This document shows positions 59,435 through 64,000 of a stretch of 64,000 bases of DNA, piece after piece. The stretch comes from a virus. Within the stretch, counting starts at the first letter, position 1; every line of letters starts with the position of its first letter. The notes beneath the pieces are model-generated. The model saw only the letters and a list, made by a program, of their open reading frames with translations, was not told the origin of the DNA and made no database searches. A program made the position numbers and the translations under genes. The stretch lies in IMG/VR virus record IMGVR_UViG_3300027499_000005, positions 11,643 to 75,642 of that record. One strand, 5' to 3'.

Positions 59435-62400
59435 ATGGCTACTTCTAGAAAAGGTACAAACTTCAAAGAGTTTGCAGCTACTCTGCGTTATCCCCCATTA
59501 AGGTTTGAAGACGGAACCACTACAGATCCGCTACAAACTCCAAGAGCGCAGTTTCTAAAAGATTTTGCAACCAATGTCCTGAATGATATACTCCGTGATA
59601 TCAAGGAAGACGGGCTTGAATATTATGCAAATCAATACAACGAACAGCCATTTAAGAACTATGCTCAAAAGGTAAAAGAAGACGAGTTATTAAAAAACCC
59701 CATTAATAAGGCTGCTAAAGCGGCTTTGGTAGATCAGCAACAACTACATGCTGGTGATCCATACGCATTAGTACTAAATGATGTAATCGATAGTTTCACA
59801 GATAACGTCACATTCGATACAAGTGGAGTTTTTGCCAAGGGCGATACTGGCGCACTAGCTAGAAAACAACTTTTAGATGCTATGGGCGTGAACTCCCTTA
59901 AGTTATTAGGGTTTATATCACTCACTTCGTTAGCTAGATCTATACCAATCGAAACCATAACACAGTTTAACGTACAAGAATATTTGAAGTATTTAGATCC
60001 TGTATTCTTGTTAAATAAGCTTATTGCTGGCATAAAAGATAAAAGCATCTCTGAGGCTATAAACGATTTTAAGTTAGTCGGAAGATTCGTTAATGGTGTT
60101 CTAACTTCTAGTCAGTTTGAGCCAAAGCTACAACAAGCTTATCTGGATTATCTCTCGACTAGAGAGGATGTTCCTGCATCCTTGCAAAACATCGCCAAGT
60201 TTGATGAAATAATAGCAATCGTAAATCCAGACAATATCGATGAACAATCTGACGAAGAGGCTTTTAAGGCTGTATCAACTGCCTCTATCGATTTCTTGCA
60301 AAATGGAAAACTCGGTATTGATCTTAAGATTGTATCTAGAGATCTGAACGGGTCAGTATTGGGGGAGATATCACTTAACGATCTCTCGGAAGATATGACC
60401 GGTTTGATTACTGGCGCACAAGACGACCTACAAAAAATCTTCGATGGTCTTGAGAATAGATGCGATCTGCCAGATGCGAATATGTTTAACAAATATCGTA
60501 ATCTAGGTTTGGCAATAAAACAGTTCTTTCAAGGTTTCAAGCCAATCCGTCTTAAGAAGACAAAGCTAGGTAAGATCAAGATAGCTGACAGGCACGAACT
60601 TATTGAATCGGCATTAGCTAGCGTATTGATTTCCAGTTTCTACGTTGCGACTACAACTCTGTTTAAGCTTGTATTGTCATACCTCCAGAAACTTGTACCG
60701 GATCTATCATGTGCCGAAATCGCAGCTATGATTGTCCCCGAAGAAGAACTAGGCCCAGCAACTCAGAATAGAGCAGTAAGCTCCGATGCAATGGCCAGAA
60801 AGATAGCTGCTAGTATAAAAGCTAATAATCCAAATAATACTTCAAACATAAACATAGCCGATATCTCTGCGTTGTTAGCAGAGATAGCCTCTTCTATTGG
60901 TATGTTCAACGGCATGGATATCAACTCATTAAACGAGTTTTTGTCTTTGGCTACAAGTGTATTAACAGAGAGGGAATACTGTGAACTCCTCGGCGGTAAT
61001 CCAACGCAAGATACGATCCTAATAATCCAGAACATAATCGATTTCAGATATCCACAGGCAGGTATCAGCAAAGATCCCCAAGATATAACAGCATTTTTTA
61101 AGTCATTATCAAGTCTGTCTAACGCAGGGTGTGATCAAATAAGTAGAACTGTAGATATGCCGGTAAATACACTACTATGTGCAACACCGGAATACTACAG
61201 GGTCTATAACGATTTGAGAATCGCTTTATTAAAAGAGAAGGGCCTTGCAGATTCGGAAGTAGAGTTACAAATCAATAAGATTTGTGATCTCAACTCTTTA
61301 CAAGCACAACAGTTTTTGGATCTTTTGAATAACGACGATCCACTTGATAGCATGATTCCGTTGATTCAAACTGGTAATCCGAACTGCGGTATTGAATCTT
61401 CGATTGAGCCTATTAACGAACTAGTCAAAACTGAGTTGGTACGTTCGTACACAAACATTTTTGAGCCTTTGAAGGAATCTCTTGATTTATCGATGGTCGG
61501 TGACAGAGGATTCATAACCAAAGTACTTAGTGGCAAAAATGGTCTACCATATCCTCTTTTCTTGCAGATCGCGCAAGGTTTAACAAATGCTCTAACAGCA
61601 GAATCATACGTTGCTAAAGTCACTAATACATTTGATCCCACTAGCGATACCTCAATCGTGCAAAGTCCTACCTTAAACACTTTTGAGCCTTCTCTAGTAG
61701 CTAGCTGGATGAGACTTAACCAAGAAGAGTTCTGTAGCCTTGACAGGGCTAATCGACTAGCTATCACACCCTTCACAACCAACCCCCAGCTATTTGATAA
61801 TCTAGTCGATCCATTCAATGCTCGTATCGGGTTTACTGATGAAGATAAGGAAAGACTAAGATACTTTGCCTCCCTAACTAACGAAGATCTACAGATGCAA
61901 TCGATGACTTTTGAACAACTTCTAACATATGAAGACTTGTTCAAGAGACTTGGAAACATTTTCTTTTCCGTCAGAGGTCTAAGTTTTACTGGTATATATG
62001 ACCTAAGCCAGAGCAGTATTGAAAACCTAAGCGTCGATGGTATAAGACAAGCCAACCTTGAGGCTGGAGCTTTCGTGGAAGTTTTGGTTCCAAACAAGAA
62101 TCTAATAAACACGATATTATTGAGTATGGTACATCCTGTTTATGGACTAAAGAATGCTATTACTGCTATTTTTAATCCAAGAACAATGTATATTCCTGCA
62201 ACTCAAGAGCAACTTTCTAATAAAAATCCTCCTGCTCTTCCCGGTGTGAACAAGAAGATCTCTTCAAAGCAGCCATTGTACAGAGTCAAGAGTTACAACT
62301 TCTTTATCATGCCACTCACACCAGCAGGAGCAGAGGACGGTTTAATAAGGACTAAGATTATTGACTATTATCCTTCTTCAATCCGTGGCTTGGATAATCT

Positions 62401-64000
62401 AGGACCGAACAGTTTTAATGAAAATCCTGTCATCGGATCCTTCCAAACAGTAGAAAACCTACAGATAATCAATAACAATAAGTTTGTATTTGATCAGTTA
62501 AACAAACGGATTGAGCTAAAAGATATCGTTAAGAAATCAAGTGATTACTTTATCAATGTGAAGGATCCAAGTATTGCTAATCCGTCAATAATGGATATTC
62601 TTCCTCCGAATCAGTTAGAAGGTGCTTCCAAACAATCACTGGTATTTGCTGATTTGGTTTTGAAAGCTATACAAGATAACGTTGGTATTAACTTCGAGGA
62701 AATGCCAGACGGTAAGAAGTACGCCGAATATATCCAAAAAGAACTTTACAACTATGTGTACAATAGCTTTATGGATGGTATGAACAAGATTCCAGCCTTG
62801 AACGGAAAAAACCTTAACTTTGGTGTCACGGATCAAAGGATTAATCCACTAAACAGTTTCCACACGAATACTATTACTGGATATCCAGATCCGGTAAATC
62901 CAGAAGATTTCGGTGGTACTGAAACCGATCCTGCTTATTATATCTACAACAAACTTTCGGATGATTGGAAGAATCTTTATAATCTATATGTCCGTGATAG
63001 GAACGAAGAAGCAAGACCAGCTAGAACTCCCATTCCAGATTTTGCTGGGTTTTCAGAGCAAGCGGCAGATCTATATCTTAGGCTCAGTGAAGAAACTAGA
63101 GAAGCCAATGATTATAGCAATCAAGCTCCGTTTGACTTGATTGTTAGTAAAGCCTCCCTTGTAACGATGGACAGTTTAGTCGATATGATGATTAAAGTGT
63201 TTTCATTTGAGCATTATTATAAAGGTTTTGCTTTCCTAAACACAGTCGAAATAACTGATAACGTTTTTGATAATGTATTCTTTACCTTCTTGGCGAATAG
63301 GTTTAAGGACTATGCCGTTCAAGCTGGTCCTACAGTTGGCAGAGACAGAAGAAAAACATCAAAGTTCTACCATATGCTTATGGAGATGTATGTTTCCTTG
63401 ATGTTCAAGAAGAGAGAAGCTAGGATTTTGTCTGTTACCCCAAGAGAAGATGAACTCTTGAGATTGATCGGTAGAAAGACGAATATCTGGCGTTTTGGTA
63501 TACCAAAGACCGGTCTAACAGATAAAGAAAGTCAATATCTAGAGGCTTCCTCTATAATCTCACAGTACGAACAACCCAGTTATCCGCTAGGAACAATCAG
63601 TAATGCTGTGGCATCTTCCCAGAACTCTCTAGGACCAATGAACAAGATCTTTGCTGAAGCCAAGAAGCAAAGACAAGAACAGATTAGGATTCGCAATAAC
63701 TATTGGAATCTGATAATGGAAGATTGCGAGCCACTATTCGAAGAACTTCTTAGTATAAGATTACGTTCTGAGCTAAATACTATTTCGAATCAGCTAGCAA
63801 TCCTAAACCCAGATTTGATCAAAGAAAATAGCATTCTAAATATGCCCATAAACGGCGGCCCTATTGTACAGAATGGCGAGAAGATCCCAGATCCAGACGG
63901 TACAGCTTATATGAGGAATATTTACAGTCATCACCCAGCGATGCTATACTCCGCTGGAAACGTGTTGATTTCTGATTATGCCTATAGAGCGTTCTATGGA
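59435..64000 (+). CDS. very large hypothetical (putative structural) protein, at least 1522 aa, 3'-truncated by the window
   Basis: AAGGA RBS, ATG 59435 (MATSRKGTNF...). The frame was open wherever I spot-checked it, including the last line. It is absent from the ORF track, consistent with having no stop in the window. Confidence 0.85.
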   Translation, partial: MATSRKGTNFKEFAATLRYPPLRFEDGTTTDPLQTPRAQFLKDFATNVLNDILRDIKEDGLEYYANQYNEQPFKNYAQKVKEDELLKNPINKAAKAALVDQQQLHAGDPYALVLNDVIDSFTDNVTFDTSGVFAKGDTGALARKQLLDAMGVNSLKLLGFISLTSLARSIPIETITQFNVQEYLKYLDPVFLLNKLIAGIKDKSISEAINDFKLVGRFVNGVLTSSQFEPKLQQAYLDYLSTREDVPASLQNIAKFDEIIAIVNPDNIDEQSDEEAFKAVSTASIDFLQNGKLGIDLKIVSRDLNGSVLGEISLNDLSEDMTGLITGAQDDLQKIFDGLENRCDLPDANMFNKYRNLGLAIKQFFQGFKPIRLKKTKLGKIKIADRHELIESALASVLISSFYVATTTLFKLVLSYLQKLVPDLSCAEIAAMIVPEEELGPATQNRAVSSDAMARKIAASIKANNPNNTSNINIADISALLAEIASSIGMFNGMDINSLNEFLSLATSVLTEREYCELLGGNPTQDTILIIQNIIDFRYPQAGISKDPQDITAFFKSLSSLSNAGCDQISRTVDMPVNTLLCATPEYYRVYNDLRIALLKEKGLADSEVELQINKICDLNSLQAQQFLDLLNNDDPLDSMIPLIQTGNPNCGIESSIEPINELVKTELVRSYTNIFEPLKESLDLSMVGDRGFITKVLSGKNGLPYPLFLQIAQGLTNALTAESYVAKVTNTFDPTSDTSIVQSPTLNTFEPSLVASWMRLNQEEFCSLDRANRLAITPFTTNPQLFDNLVDPFNARIGFTDEDKERLRYFASLTNEDLQMQSMTFEQLLTYEDLFKRLGNIFFSVRGLSFTGIYDLSQSSIENLSVDGIRQANLEAGAFVEVLVPNKNLINTILLSMVHPVYGLKNAITAIFNPRTMYIPATQEQLSNKNPPALPGVNKKISSKQPLYRVKSYNFFIMPLTPAGAEDGLIRTKIIDYYPSSIRGLDNLGPNSFNENPVIGSFQTVENLQIINNNKFVFDQLNKRIELKDIVKKSSDYFINVKDPSIANPSIMDILPPNQLEGASKQSLVFADLVLKAIQDNVGINFEEMPDGKKYAEYIQKELYNYVYNSFMDGMNKIPALNGKNLNFGVTDQRINPLNSFHTNTITGYPDPVNPEDFGGTETDPAYYIYNKLSDDWKNLYNLYVRDRNEEARPARTPIPDFAGFSEQAADLYLRLSEETREANDYSNQAPFDLIVSKASLVTMDSLVDMMIKVFSFEHYYKGFAFLNTVEITDNVFDNVFFTFLANRFKDYAVQAGPTVGRDRRKTSKFYHMLMEMYVSLMFKKREARILSVTPREDELLRLIGRKTNIWRFGIPKTGLTDKESQYLEASSIISQYEQPSYPLGTISNAVASSQNSLGPMNKIFAEAKKQRQEQIRIRNNYWNLIMEDCEPLFEELLSIRLRSELNTISNQLAILNPDLIKENSILNMPINGGPIVQNGEKIPDPDGTAYMRNIYSHHPAMLYSAGNVLISDYAYRAFYG

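Noticed and set aside
1-64000. Stop-codon recoding (alternative genetic code)
   Set aside because: Long enzymes are intact in code 11, and TAA, TGA and TAG (e.g. 2908, 27792, 42494, 50779) all end genes just before or overlapping the next start.
1-64000. Giant eukaryotic virus (NCLDV) origin suggested by HREDGPA repeats and sugar enzymes
   Set aside because: Shine-Dalgarno sites, sigma70 promoters, intrinsic terminators, ATGA coupling and gp55/gp5-like genes indicate a bacteriophage.

Overview
This is 64 kb of a large tailed dsDNA bacteriophage (jumbo-type, loosely T4-like gene content). Support: Shine-Dalgarno sites, sigma70 promoters, a gp55-like sigma factor, gp5-like baseplate genes, PhoH and Hsp20. 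Every credible gene is on the + strand and reads in genetic code 11. There are three zones. (1) 1-14.1 kb is an early / host-takeover-like region. It holds about 25 paralogous 57-84 aa SH3/KOW-like genes starting MKYQKGDL in tandem arrays, two HREDGPA-repeat proteins, Zn-finger proteins, membrane micropeptides and a MoxR-type AAA+ ATPase / vWA-metallopeptidase pair. It also has five copies of an unusual composite sigma70 promoter (TTGACR-N5-TTGACA-N9-TTGCGG-N17-TATAAT), each followed by a 5' hairpin. (2) 14.1-15.3 kb is a repeat-rich non-coding boundary. (3) 15.4-64 kb is the late region, with a recurring ACTATTTAT promoter-like motif. It contains putative head-packaged proteins with shared N-terminal motifs (QLRxIIKEE) carrying nuclease-, kinase-, HAD-, amidoligase-, peptidase- and ligase/nucleotidyltransferase-like domains. 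These are followed by hsp20, phoH, a Cas4-like nuclease, a 14 kb glycan synthesis/modification island, the sigma factor and baseplate genes. All product calls come from motif recognition by eye; no database search was run.
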